From: Lingula anatina
Taxonomy: Eukaryota; Animalia; Brachiopoda
Assembly (NCBI GenBank): GCA_051362555.1
Contig: CM120645.1
Location: 3,224,001-3,288,000 of the forward strand
Length of the DNA stretch: 64,000 nt
Reading direction: 5' to 3'
The notes below the pieces were generated by a model. That model did no database searches, was not told where the DNA came from, and saw nothing but the letters and a program-made list of their open reading frames with translations. Positions 26,501 to 40,026 of the stretch are shown here, one piece after another. Position 1 is the first letter of the stretch, and every line of letters starts with the position of its first letter. The position numbers and the translations under genes are program-made.

Positions 26501-29500
26501 TGCACTGTGCCAATGTTTGATGTGTGACTATGGGGGTCATTTGAGGTAGCTCAGAGTCTCACATCTTGGTGCAAAATCAGGCGAGATTTTCGAAGATTTG
26601 GAGAGAGTCGAGTCAGAAATAATGGCGGACTAGTGAGTGATGTGGCCAGAAATGGAAACTGGCAAAATTTACCCAAAGATATTTTTCTGGAAATTTTCTG
26701 TTAAGTTCTGTAGAATCACAGTCTGCAGTCTATTATTCAACTGTATTCTTGCACATTTTCTTGTCTCAAAGGAACTTACTTTTGCATTGTTGACTGCAAG
26801 GTTTGAGGCTACCTCTAAAACTAGGAAGGAGGGAGAGGGTTGTTATGGTAATGCTAATCAAAGGCCAATGAAGGGGAAATGTATCATAAAATATCTTCTC
26901 TTAGACATTAAGCAAGATTTGCTTACCAGATAGTCAATCTAAGGTTCCAGTGATACAGTCTCAGACCCATAGCCAGCAATTTCAAAGGGAAGAGGGGGGG
27001 AGGTCTTTTTCCGAAAATGTGGACCCTTTACAATGTAACCTTTGCAGGGGCGGATTTAGGCTGTCTTCTGGGTCTTCTGGAAGACGGTCAGATTTTCAAG
27101 TTTACATTGTCAGCCATCTAATGTTTTCTGTCGGAAGACGGTCAAAAATGGAAGATGGATCAACAAAGATAAGTTGGAAGACTGTCAGAAAATATCTCAG
27201 GATCCGCCCCTGCTTTGTGTACCTTTATCAAGTTTTACCCAGACTGGACCTTTTCCTGACAAAAGGGCGTTTCTTTGGAAAAACCCCAACCCCCCACCCC
27301 ACCCCCACCCCCCCTCCTGTACTGGTATAGTCTGAGAGATAAACAACTTCATAGCCTGACTATTATGTAATAGAGTGGCCCAAGTGCAGCCTCCTTAAAG
27401 ATGCATTGGAAGTCAATTTTTTTTTGCAACAAAAACCAAGCAAATGTCACCATGCAAACAGCAGGAAGAGAACATGTGGAAAACTTGTGAAAGATAGTAT
27501 ATACCCTTGAAAGTGCGTTTTAACCTCTCCCAGTGAATTGGATAAGTTCAGTAAACTATACCACTCAAAGTGAAAAGGGCCCAATACTTATCAATTCATA
27601 GATATATACATGTGGGATGTGACTGTGCTTTTAAGTCACATGCAAGTGTGTTATATAGTTCTAAGCCAGACTGTACAAATAATGAATAATTTACTTGATT
27701 TACAACCAGTAATATTTGGAAGGATCTGATAATTTGAATACATTCAGCCTCAGCCTAGTATTATGAAGCAAAGCATAATAAATTTATATATAATTTTGGT
27801 GTAGTGGAATTCACTCAATATAGGAGGCTAGTCTCAGGTACATGATGTATTTTCACTTGAAACAAAAACATGAAAAAAAAAGTGTTGGTGCATATAATGT
27901 AAGTTGCTTACTTCTGAAATGATATTATTCTAACTGTGTGCTTTCTAGCATGTAATAACCCATTACCAAATAAATTTTGGAAAATAAGTGTTAAAAAGTT
28001 AAACGGTTTTGCCAGATTTCTCTTTGATTTGGTGACGTATATAGATGTGTGTCAACTTGCACAATGTTGACAATAAGAAATCTGTATTACTTTCATGTGA
28101 GTCGAGATACACTAAATCAAAATTTACCAGCTGCAAGTTTATAAATACTTGATGCATCAGGTCCATGCTGCATTATTGCTTTTAAGTCCTTATTTTAACT
28201 ATGATAGGGGCTTAATGCACAGCATCTATGTTATTCATTTATGTCATGTTTTCATTATGCTAAGTAAGGGCCCACTTTTGTATTATTAACAATGTTTATA
28301 TCTATATATTATTTCACAGCACAGAGCATGATGACAACTGAATTTATTATTAATACAAGAGATCAGACAAAAGAATATAAGATCTAGTCTAAGAGTAGTG
28401 TGAATATTGTTGCCAAAGAAATAAGAGATGAAAGAGGCTGAAAAAAAGATATTAAACATTCAATTTACATAAACTATCATTATATACATTAAAACATAAA
28501 CAGGTTTACAGTTTAAAGACTTCAAATGAAGTGTTATCCTCTTCAGTTAATAACTAAAAATGTCTATGAAGCCTCAGTAAGTCATGGTCACCTTCATGTT
28601 TATGTTGATGAGAAATATAGTTTGATAATATATGATATGATAGCATTGACTTGGCTTAAACCCAGGTTTTAATGGCTGATGTTTCATTATTTTCAGGGAT
28701 CCTAATGGAGCCCCGGGTTTTGAGAACGCCATCTATGCTACGTATGACAAACCCTCTATTCTCACTTCTATATTTGGAGGTATGTAATGGGCTGTTTTAA
28801 TATGTTCTGAGGTGGTATTTCATGAGAAGAAGCAAACTGTTTTACAGACACTGTGATACTCAAAAAGAGTAAGTGTCTGGTGAACAATTTGTTTTGCCAC
28901 TTTTTTTCCTGTATTTTATTTTCTCTCCAGGTATCATTTCAAAATCCTATGACTACCAGCTGTTGAGGAGTACTGACTTGGGGGCAAACTGGAAGATGGT
29001 GAATGAACACATCTACGAGTTTGGAGTTCAGGGAAAATTCCTTTTCACTTCAGTGAACCAACAGGGATCTGTAAGTTGATGTATTAAGTTTTTTCTTACG
29101 ACAAATATTGTTGTCAGTGTAAATTAAATAAACAACTAACCAACAGAAGACTTTGAGATGAACCAGGTTCAGTTTTAGATTTTGTTACTGTATGTTCTTT
29201 CTATATGTTAATTTATTTGTTTTTGTGTTATTATAACTGGATTGCTTCCAGTGATATCTGATTTACCTAGAGCTGTATAAAGTTTTATAAAGTTTTAGTG
29301 TAATGACCTGCTGCACAAATATTTCAGTACCAGAGGGCGCTTGAAGTCTCCACTGACGGCGGCGAGTCGTGGAATGGTGTCCAGGTTCCCACTGTCACCG
29401 AAGACAGGGTAAGAGTCTCAGACCTGTTGCCATTACCTAGAAATATTGATGTTTTTAACAAGCTTAAAGAAATTCCACAATATGTCTCACAGTCTCCTAT

Positions 29501-32500
29501 TTTGATGTTGATACCAGAAGATGAGGATAATTATCTTTTGTCAAGTTAGTTAGGTTTATGGCTAAAAGTGTTCTTGGGAGTAGTGAAAACTTAAAAATAT
29601 TGAAAAACAAAAATATAGGAGTGAGTGATGTGCTTGAAATTTGATTGATTCCAAGGATTCTCAAAATACACTGCCATGACAGTTAGTGGGAGCATTTTCT
29701 TTTTTAAAAAAATAGACATTTTTAAAGGAAAAATATCAAGGTATACGTTGTGAACTCTAAAATTAAGTTTCCTAAGAGGTTGCAAGTGTGCAACATGAAA
29801 TAGTCACTTAACTTTTATTTCCTCTGTTGTTTTAGTTCTATTCAATTCTTGATATGAGTGAAGGAATGATTTTTCTGCACGTGGACAAACCAGGGGGTAT
29901 GTACACCTTTTATAGATTATGTCAGATTGTTTGTCTATACAAATGATAATTAAAGTTGTAGAAATATACAGTTAAAGTTTGTTCATTTTGTTGCTTAATA
30001 TTGAATGTAGTTCACAACTTATAAGAAAAAATGTCAGAAATTAACCATTTTTTGCATGACATGCGGATTTTTGAAGAATAAAAAGATTCTTTAATTTTAA
30101 TTCTCTATTTTGGATGTCCAATCTACAGAGTTATGTGAAACAAGTGTAATGATGTGCTATAATAATGGCCTAGATATACTTCAATGTTTTACAGTTAATT
30201 TTTTTCTCACTATTACAGACACTGGTCATGGTACTCTATATATCTCTGATTCATCAGGAATCGTCTTCACAGAATCTCTAGAAAAGCATCTCTATCCAAA
30301 CTACCTAGATCTCACAGACTTCTACAAGGTTATTAAGACGTCATTTTTATTTGAAAATTAATTTAAAAGTGAATTCGGATAGTTTACATTCACAGGAGGA
30401 GTGAAGTTTTTTAATTGGTTTGTCAATGTACAAAGGATTTTATAGCTTGATCATGTACAATGTTGCAGAAGGATGGATTGTCAGATTTTTTTTTTTAAAT
30501 TGCACAGTAGAACTAAGAACAGTTGCATTATATTCTGGAAGTTATTTTACTGAGAAAATTCCAAAATCTATCATGAGTCTTTGAAAGCATGAAGAATTTT
30601 GAAATGCAGCAGATTACAAGATGCCGTGATTGCCAAAACTCTTTAAAATACACAATTGTGTTTGTGACAGTCATGTGCTATTTGCTGGGAAATTATTGCA
30701 TCAGTTTGTAAAAAAAATTCGCTCTCTACTCCAGGTTGAGTCCATGCGAGGTGTTTACATCGCCAGTCAGATGTCAGATGATAACAGCATCCACAGTATG
30801 ATCTCGTTTGACAGAGGGGCTGAGTGGAAACCTATTAAGGCACCACCTGGTGTCCCTTGCCACAAGGTATTCTCTTCACGTCTCGATATTTCAAATTTAA
30901 ATTTCTCAAAAGCAAGTGGTGTTTCTTCAGTTAAGTCAGTGGATTATTCCATGTGTACATTTAGAATGACACATTTTTCTTTTTGGTAGAATAATTATCT
31001 TATTTAAAGATGTTATGCATGCTTCAATAGCATATTTATTCACATTATTAATATTTTGGTAAATATAATCACCTTGAAAGCATATGTCTGGTATGTTAAG
31101 ATTCTATCAGATGTTGCTTTAATGATGTGAAAATTGTTTTCGAGACATTGCTCTTTGTTGGCATAGTCAATGTTTTCATTGATGCATTTTATAAATATCT
31201 TACAAAATGTAATGTACTATTGCTGATGATTCATGAACTTGTTTGAAATTTGTTCCTTGTTGTTTAGGAATTTTAACTTCAATAAATTAATATATTTTTA
31301 TGTGTTTATGTATTATCTTTTTATGAAATGTAAAGCTTCGGCATATGGATTGCTATTTTCTGTATAAATTATTATTATTCTTGTTATTATTACTAGTACG
31401 CATTCTTGACTTGCATTTCCAGGCCTGTTACTTACAAATCCACAACCACTACAGCATAGCACGGAACATCCCAGCCAAGCCACCTCTTAGTAGCAAGAGT
31501 GCAGTGGGGATCATTCTGGCACATGGTCAGTGGCGTTTTTTTTGGGATTTAAGTATATGATGGCATTCTAAATGGTGTTTTTTTTAAATGTTATTGCATT
31601 GTCTTATTGTTTAGGACTTGGTTTGTAGCTTGGTTGTGTGTAACTCATTTTTGTGCATGATTGTGGAATCTATTTATCACAGTTGTGTGAATCTATTGTC
31701 TTTCATGGCATTCGGGGAGAATCATTGGTACAATGCTAAATTTCCTTTGTACAAGTGCTTTTCACTTACTTCCCGTTGTAAACTTAACATGTTCACGCTT
31801 TTTTTTTCAAAATTTAAGTTTTGCCAACAGAATTTCATTGCCGTCTCTCACTAAGCTTCAGTGAATTCCATAAATTTATTTATTAGTCAAATAGTAGTTG
31901 TCAATGACTAGTTTTGCTTCATAATTTGATGGAAGCAACTCTCCCGTGGTACCTCTAACCCACCATATTTCCTCCCCCAGGTCATGTAGCCGACGCCCTG
32001 CAGAACACCCCACCAGATGTCTTTGTGTCTGATGACGGGGGCTATAACTGGATCAAGGTGACTGTTCACTATTTTTTAAACTATTAAATATAGAATTTAC
32101 AGGATTTACAAATACTGAAGACTCCTTTCGTTTCATTGTCCATCAGTAAGGCCATTTCAGACAAAATAAAGGGTTAAACATCATCCAAGGACCAAATATG
32201 TTGTGAAATGCTATGATTTTATTAAGGTCAATACTTGCTTTTTCTGTTCTATTCTGTTCTGGGTCCTTTATATTCTCAGTGCCCCAGAAAACCATCACCA
32301 CTGCCAAATTGCCAATTAGGTTTAATTTAAAACTGATGTGAATGCACCTTTATATCCCCAGGTTCTGGACGGCCCCCAACATTACCAGATTGCCTGCTAG
32401 GTCTAATTTAAAACTGATGTGAACACATTTTATATATTCAGGCTCTGGACGGCCCCCACCATTTTTACCAGATAGCCAACTAGGTCTAATTTAAAACTGA

Positions 32501-34682
32501 TGAGAATGCTCCTTTCTATCCCCAGGCTCTGGACGGCCCCCACCATTACCAGATAGCTGACCAGGGGGGTCTGCTTGTGGCCATTCCATACAACACCAGT
32601 ACCCCTAATATAGTGAAGTTTTCTACTGATGGAGGGCGCTGCTGGCACGAGCACAAGTTCACAGACGAGGTCATCGTGTTTACTGGACTCCTGACAGAGC
32701 CAGGGAACAAGGCGATGACCGTCAGTATCTGGGGGTATGGGCAGGTGCACAGGGAGTGGAGGGTATTCGTCATTGACTTTCAGAAGATCATCAAGAGGCA
32801 GTGTAAGTGATGAAGTGATTTTTTTTCCTTCAGTCAGCAGCTAAATTACGAAATTGCTTTATCCTTATAATGTAACACAGCAAATTAAATGCTTCGCTGG
32901 CATGGTAAGATATTTACAGTTTGACTTTGGACTAGTCTAAATCCATAGTATCTTCTGTGTCAGATTTCAAGACAGGACTGTGACATATTTGGTAATTTTT
33001 CAGTAAAAATATCTTAGGTCTTTCATATTTTTTATCAGTCCTGGGCTATTAATTTTAACCTCCATCTATTGTCCACTCCAAGTCAGAGAGGACAGAAACT
33101 TAATTGAACACTCTGAAATGAACACTGTAGGATTTATATGATGATGACATTGTCCACTGCAGGTCAAGATCCCCAGGACTACGAGGAGTGGTCACCTCAT
33201 GGAGAGCTGCATGGACAGCAAGACGAGTGGAAAGGCTGTCTGATTGGCTACAAGGAGACATACAAGAGGGTCATAAAGGACTCCCTGTAAGTTATAGGTC
33301 TATGCCGTACATTCAAAGCAAAGCAAATGCTATATAGACATATGATTGTTTATGACTCCAAAATTATGTATATGGAAGATAGATATGTTTGCTCATCAAG
33401 AAGACCTAGTCTTTGTCCCTCCTTATTTAACTTTAAGCTTTATACAAAATATAATGTCATATCTTTATGAATCCACAGGTGTTACAATGGCAGGAGCTAT
33501 TCAGTTGAGCGGAGTGGTTCGGAAACCCCCTGTACCTGTAGGAGAGAGGACTACGAGTGGTGAGTACAGCCAGAGAGGGTAGACAAGGTGATGAGATGGA
33601 TGGTGACGGGGGAGGGGGGGGGGGGGAGCAAGGCTAAATAAGCATGTCCTATATGTTTTTGATATTGGTTTTTTTTTTTTTTTTAAATAAATTTATTTTA
33701 CTCTGAATTACAGAAAATGTAATTAAGTTATAACCTTTATTTTCGTATTTGATACTCTTAATAAAAGGAATATTTAATGTAAGATAAAAGAACCATATGA
33801 AGTAATCCTTTGTGTTTGTTTATAACTGAGGTAATTGAGGCATCAAAACTAGAACTGCTTTTATAGCATGATTAATTTTTAAAGGAACAGCATCATCCGA
33901 TTCCAATGAAAATATTAAATATTTACATTTGGTTTCAGTGATTTTGGATTCGTCAAAAATGCCAAGGAAGAATGTGTAAGAGACAGTAAATTCAGTGCAA
34001 AAGAACTGAAAATTTGTATCAATAACCACGTTACAGAGGACAATACAATTGGGTAAGATAAATATGCACATTATCATTCAATTCTGTAATGCACCTTTAT
34101 AAGACTGAAGGAAATTAACAATAATTTTGTTTATTAAGGATAATTAATAATATTGATGATGATGATAATTGAGCATAACATTTTACAGTTTATAATTTCC
34201 TGAAAACAATATTTTGCTTAAAATGTTCATTAAGAGCATTGGAAAAAAAATTAGTTGGATTCCTCTTAAAAAAGACATGATTTTGACATTTATTACAAAC
34301 TTAAACATCAAATCTTGAAAATAAGGAAAGATAGTAGAATAAGGGAGGTGTTTGAAAATTTTGAATAATTACTGTATCTAAAACCATATTTTGTCGTATC
34401 TTTCAGGTATCGTAAAATCCCTGGCGATGGGTGCCATAATGGCTTCGTACCCCAACAGTCCACGGAAATAACGCTGGATGTGATCTGTAACGAGGAGAGC
34501 AAAAATTTGGTGAAAATCGATGAAAACGGCCATGCTTCAATGGTGGATACTGACTATGTGAGTTCACTGTGGATTATCCGCAGGATTGACAACTCCAGAT
34601 TTTGATTTAGATTGGTGTAAAAACAAAAATCAAATTTCTTTTAGTATAACCTAGTTGGTTTAGAGAGTTCAGCCTATAGTTT

Positions 34683-34730
<48 letters not shown>

Positions 34731-35006
34731 TAGAAGGCACAAACTGAATCATGAATTCAAAAATGATTTTTGAAAGTGTAAAGTCATTTTATTGCAGGAT
34801 TACGTGGATCATGAGATCATGACAGAAGTCAAGAATGGTAAAGGCGGAGGCACCAATGGCGGAATAGTGGCAGTTATTCTCGTCTGTATAGTTGTTCTGG
34901 TTCTGGGCATGGGATTTTTCTTTTTTAGAAAACTTGGATACCTTAGTAATAAGTAAGTATAGTCTAATTGTGATTCAAAATGTGGTTTGAATCTGTGGGT
35001 GGATCT

Positions 35007-35042
<36 letters not shown>

Positions 35043-36418
35043 GGCCATTCAAGGCATTTCAGTGACACAAACATTTTGTGTAATATTTGCGTATTTATGT
35101 TTTCCCCCATGTATTGGAGGAACAAAAAAGCAGAGAAAATAATGGGGCAAGTTCAGATTATACAAATATTGCACAAAATGCATGCATCATTGACATGACT
35201 CAAATGTTCATATTTTCTGTGGAATGACCCGGAGTTAAAGTTACATAGTGAAAGCTGCTGTTTAGTTACACTTGGAATGAGTAGAGCTTGTCTCAAATTT
35301 TAATTTGGCAAAATGAGCAAAGCTAGTGAGTGTGCTGTGATCCAGCATCTGTTATAAAAATGGAAACTCCAATGGAATTCTTGGGGGACATGTTAATTAT
35401 TAAAACAGCAGAGAAGTGTCTTTTCAATTTTTCCATATTACTGTGTTTGTGTGTATGAAAAATTTCCAGTGGCCCATGATGTTCCTTTGCAAGAAAACTT
35501 GCTTTCAAATATTATTAGATCTATCTTTAGAAAGAATTGCCAGCATGTTTTGTCAAAAAGTTGTCTGTTATATGGTCAAGTAGGATATTGTTGCTGAAAC
35601 TGACTGGTAAATTGTTCCTAATTTGGTCCTTACTAATACAAATTGAAACTAGCTAAATGATGATAAATTCAGTTATTACTTACAATATTGTCTTTATTGT
35701 AGAAATGTTTCGTATCGCTACTCGTCGCTTAGCCAGTCGGATGAGTTTGATTATGATAACGATGTGGAAAATATTATAGGCAGCCATAAAACTATTTATC
35801 AGGACAACTCAGATGATGAGGTAAGACTTAAGATTGAAGTTTTTAAGAAAATTTTCAGTTTTTTATGTCTGAATCTTGTTCTCGCATACAAAGATAGTTG
35901 ATTGAAGATTTAGTATTTGATCACATTTTGTTGGACTATGCACATAAGAAACTCATACATACCCACAAAGGAAATTATCATGATGATATTTGTTGACCAT
36001 TTTCTTATATTTTTAAAAATAAAGAACACCCATGTAATCTGTTTTCCATTTCAACAGGAGGCGATGTTGAAGGATCCTAAAAACCCCAAAGTGAAATCTT
36101 ATCATGATGACTCTGATGTTGTGAGTATTCAAAAAAAATTATAATAAAAAGAAAGAAAGAAAATAAAAAAAAGAAAGAGATAGATAGAGAATTATTAGGC
36201 TGAAACATATTATTTGTCAGATATGTATTATTTATGATGAACATCTATTACCATGTTTTCAAAAGAAGTCAGAATCATTTATTAATTAATTTATTTATTT
36301 TAGTAGAATTAAAGATTGAAATCAGGACTAAGCTTGACACAAGAACTTGCAGGTACTTGTGAATCAGGTCCCAGTTCTTGAAAAAAAAATTTTATCATTT
36401 CAGGATATCTTGGACTAG
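23531..36418 (+). CDS. SORT1: Sortilin-like VPS10-domain sorting receptor, 23 exons, about 880 aa
   Basis: Exons 23531-23812, 24063-24125, 24552-24616, 25219-25321, 25702-25875, 26419-26489, 28697-28779, 28931-29070, 29328-29408, 29836-29896, 30219-30328, 30735-30866, 31423-31525, 31981-32057, 32526-32802, 33163-33286, 33479-33559, 33939-34052, 34407-34557, 34798-34952, 35703-35820, 36058-36120, 36404-36418. Signal peptide, furin sites RVKR/RFRR, repeated Asp-boxes (SxDGGxxW), 10CC region (DYECDFG, YRKIPGDGC), one TM helix, YRYSSL, and C-terminal YHDDSDVDILD. Confidence 0.93.
27045..27212. mobile_element. 168-bp MITE with CAGGGGCGGAT TIRs and 5-bp TSD CTTTG
   Basis: ctttg|caggggcggattt ... 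ggatccgcccctg|ctttg, with internal ggaagacggtca repeats. Related copies lie in reverse orientation at about 48251-48417 and 60724-60886. Confidence 0.85.
32265..32562 (+). repeat. Tandem repeat of about 81 bp, about 3.6 copies, spanning the acceptor and 5' end of sortilin exon 15
   Basis: Unit tatatccccag|g(c/t)tctggacggccccca(c/a)cattaccagat...ctaggtctaatttaaaactgatg. Decoy AGs end at 32361 and 32441; the real AG ends at 32525. Confidence 0.92.
34685..35040. repeat. (TA)n at 34685-34728 and (CA)n at 35010-35040, flanking the sortilin TM exon
   Basis: Direct reading. Confidence 0.9.
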
Positions 36419-38754
36419 ATCAAGTCTTTGGGAGAAATCAAGAAAACAGCTGTGTTACGAACTTAATTTATTCAAGACTATAGCAGAGAAGACGTGTCGC
36501 AAATGAGCCAAAGGACTAGCATTTCATTCTGGAGCTTTACGTTTTAATGTGCAATATCCAAAGAAGAATGGTGACTGGGTTTTTTTTAAATGTATCATAG
36601 ATTAGCATGCGTAATCTGTCACTATGGTAACAATCACCATGACGGTTGTAACCATGGCGCATTAGGCAGATATATGTGTATAAGACTACCTTAAAAAACT
36701 GCTTATAATACAACTTGAAGTTCCAAAGAAGAACAATCAATAATGGCTTCCATATTTCTATGAATCGGTGTGTCTTTGAGAACAAGAAACATTGGTTAAG
36801 GTGCACCTGTTAGATCTCTTAACTGTATGGACATGGTATTCCAATTTATAGTGTTCATGTTGGTCTCTTTACAGTTTGGAAGGTCTTGTTTGCGTTAACA
36901 TTTTTGTTGATTATCATTATCATCATCATCTTCATTATATCATCTGTCATTGGTCACTGGGTGGACTGCTGTTTCACATGCATGTTGAAGGTGGTGGTCC
37001 GTGAGGCTTCCGGCTTGTTCTTAAGACTGGGTGTTTGTAAATAAGCCTGGACAATAGTCAAGGTGGGGCTTGGATAGGGGGCTTTGGACTAGGATTCAGG
37101 ATCCCCACATGGAATATACATTCTTACTGCACAGCATTTAGTTTCACAGCACTTTTCAAGGATCTGTGATCACTGTTATTTGAAATCAGCTTGGTTATTT
37201 GTAGTTATTAGGTTTTTAATGGCCTCTTTGCTCAAGTTTTGGGTGGTGATTGTGTGAATTGTAAATTTGATAATGATGAATCCATTGGCAGAATTAGTTG
37301 GGATACTTTTTGCTAATCTTGTTCAATATTTGTGATTCATTCAGTACGTACATTTAATTAAGCAAGTAGCTTTAATCATTGTGATTTCTCTGTGGTGTTT
37401 GGGACTGTCCTGCTGTTACAGTAGTCATTTCGTAATGCTGTTTCTATTTCGTTTATTCATTTCTCTACAGGGCAGTGATGGATTTGATGGCATATTCTAA
37501 GCAAAATATTGTGTATAGGCTGTCTGTTATGTTTTTCTTTAACACATATTTATATGATTTCTATACATAGTCAGGAAAAAGAACAGGTGAACAATCATTT
37601 TCAGTGTATAGCTCACAAACCTAACCTCTATAGTGAACCCTCTTTATTGACTAAACACTTACTGTAGTTGAACAGTATTCATATACATTGTATGTGCATG
37701 GGTTTGTGCGCATGCACATGTGCACGGACATACATGTACTGGAGAATTATGAGTTTCTCACAAATGGTAGTTTGATGAAATATTTGTTTTAGAAGGCATG
37801 AAAGGGTTCAGGGTGAGAAAAAACTTTAATACCCTGTTTCCCTAAGAAACATTTCTAAAGCAAATTTGATTTTTAGATGGTGAGAATGTTATTTGTAATT
37901 TGCATAATACAAATTCCTGGATCCCTAAAATACAGTTTCATAGAAATCAAAAACTTTAGATTCCACCATGATGCCTGTAAAAGGCAGCTTTCAAGTCTTG
38001 TTTCCCAACTAAGTAGTCTGATATATTCAGACATTTGAACTCTCAGGTAATTTTTTTTTCGTTGTTGGACAAAGTTTCTCTTGTCAAAGAGTGCCTCCGT
38101 TTTGCGCAGAATAACGAGCCTAAAAATTTATTATGTAAAACTTGCAAGATATCCGGTATATGGCATGTTTAAGGTGTGCATCATGGATAACCTTGCCCAC
38201 TAATATTTATGTAATGTGCATCAGTAACGCATTTCTCTTAGAAATACCTTTCTTCCAAGACCAGCGCACTTCGTAAAGTGCTGGCTCCAACCACGCGTGG
38301 CGTTAAGCTTAGTTCACCGTTTGCAGTGTAACTTGGGGACTTCAGGCCGTTGCTGCTGACTGTTCTCCTTGATCCCCTATCTCTTTATATGTTATATAAC
38401 ATTCCACGTTGTGTTGGGTGATATGGGACTGCTTCGTGTGTAAAAAGTGATTTTGTTTTCATCAAATGTTTTTTGATGTATTTTTTTCCTTCTTTTGGTG
38501 ATATTAAAACCAGTTTTGAAAATGGATTTGTTGTTCCTTGTCTTTTTACAGTATCAAGTGTTATTGGAAGCACCCTAACAGATGCATTTTCATATAATTA
38601 ATATAATTTTCATAAATGCACGCCTACTTCTTTCCTTGCACGCGCAAGACGTCGTCGGTTTCTAAATCGGAGAAATGTGAAACACAAAATGCTCTTAAAT
38701 TTCCAATACTCCTTTTCCCCAATGCGCATGTACAATACCCACTCCTGAGTCTAA

Positions 38755-39012
38755 GGCTTCGTTCACATGGAAAGTCTATTTTCTAACAATCTATTTTCTA
38801 TTCGCGGTGTCTTATGATCATGGTCTGTGTCCTGAATATCCCGCGGCGTAATTACTGGCAGCGCGAGCCAGTTACTTATAGTAACTTATAGTAACTGGCT
38901 CGCGCTACCAGTAATTACGCCGCGGGATATTCAGGGCACAGACCGTGATCATAAGACATACCGCGAATAGAAAATAGAATTTAGAAAATAGACATTGCAT
39001 GTGAATGAAGCC
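38755..39012. mobile_element. 258-bp foldback MITE, PIF/Harbinger-like (TAA TSD)
   Basis: taa|ggcttcgttcacatg ... catgtgaatgaagcc|taa. Almost the whole element is one inverted repeat with arms of about 120 bp centred near 38880. Confidence 0.88.
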
Positions 39013-39668
39013 TAACACTTGTAGTGGAGATAGAGATCCACCGGACTCTGCTCGTTACAGTGAAAATTGAATTTATAATGCAAAAGTATTGCATGCGTAT
39101 CAGGTCATACATGTAGAAATTCACTGTAATCTGTTCAAAAATATGCCCTGTCACGTAATTATATGAAAATGGAACGCAAAATAATACAACACAACTGACT
39201 GCGTCTCTTTTATAATAATAATAATAATAATAATAATTTATTGAGCACTAAAATGTTTCAGTACATTTTGCAGGCCCTCTAAACTACTTGTGTTTTATTA
39301 TTAGAGATCACATCAGTTACTTTTATATTAAATTCTTAATACCTTGCCTGCTGTCACACTGGTCAGGTACTTGCACTAATCGGCAACTAATGACAGTGCA
39401 CTGACTACTTTTTAAATGAGGTCAAACAGGGTGTCGTCATAACGTGAACGTCTTCCCTGTCAATTACACCGCAGGCGAAAATTGTCACTCCACGCACGCA
39501 TAAGGTTTATAGCTACAAGTGCGTTTCATACGAGCAAAAACGACCCAGTCACACAGCGCCGATGATACAGTTGAATTATCCAACGTTGAGGAATATCCAT
39601 CATTTTGGTAATTAATGCGCTGTTTGGTGACAAGAAAAACAGCGGAGTGAGTGCCTAGTGCATGTGCA

Positions 39669-39676
39669 TGACGTCA
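39669..39676. promoter_or_regulatory. Full CRE palindrome TGACGTCA upstream of the beta-lactamase-like gene
   Basis: Exact motif in a locally CpG-richer stretch about 350 bp upstream of the ATG. Confidence 0.4.
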
Positions 39677-40026
39677 CGCCACAGTGCGTCTTGAGTTAGA
39701 CGCGCAAGGCTTGACTTAAATTTAGCAAAAGTATCTATATCCTCTCAAACCTCCAGCGATCCTGCCCGGTGGGAATACGAGGACCAAAATCAGCCGACAT
39801 ACGACCAACGGCGAATGGCGTATATGTGGTGAATATCAACCAAGAAGGTTCCCTATCGAATATGTATTCGGAAATGAAGTCATCATATGAATATGAGAAG
39901 AAAACAGGGACCCCTTGAACTGAAAAAGGCGGGTAGCAATTGAAAGAAAGGATTCATCGAAAAAAAAAAGACGTAACCCTGGAGGATAAAAAACGTATTT
40001 TAGGTCTTCAAAGATGGGATGTTAAG

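Noticed and set aside
28319-28440. Acceptor-like ttatttcacag in sortilin intron 6 (possible alternative terminal exon)
   Set aside because: It would add only about 6 codons before a stop, has no independent support, and such motifs arise by chance in AT-rich introns.
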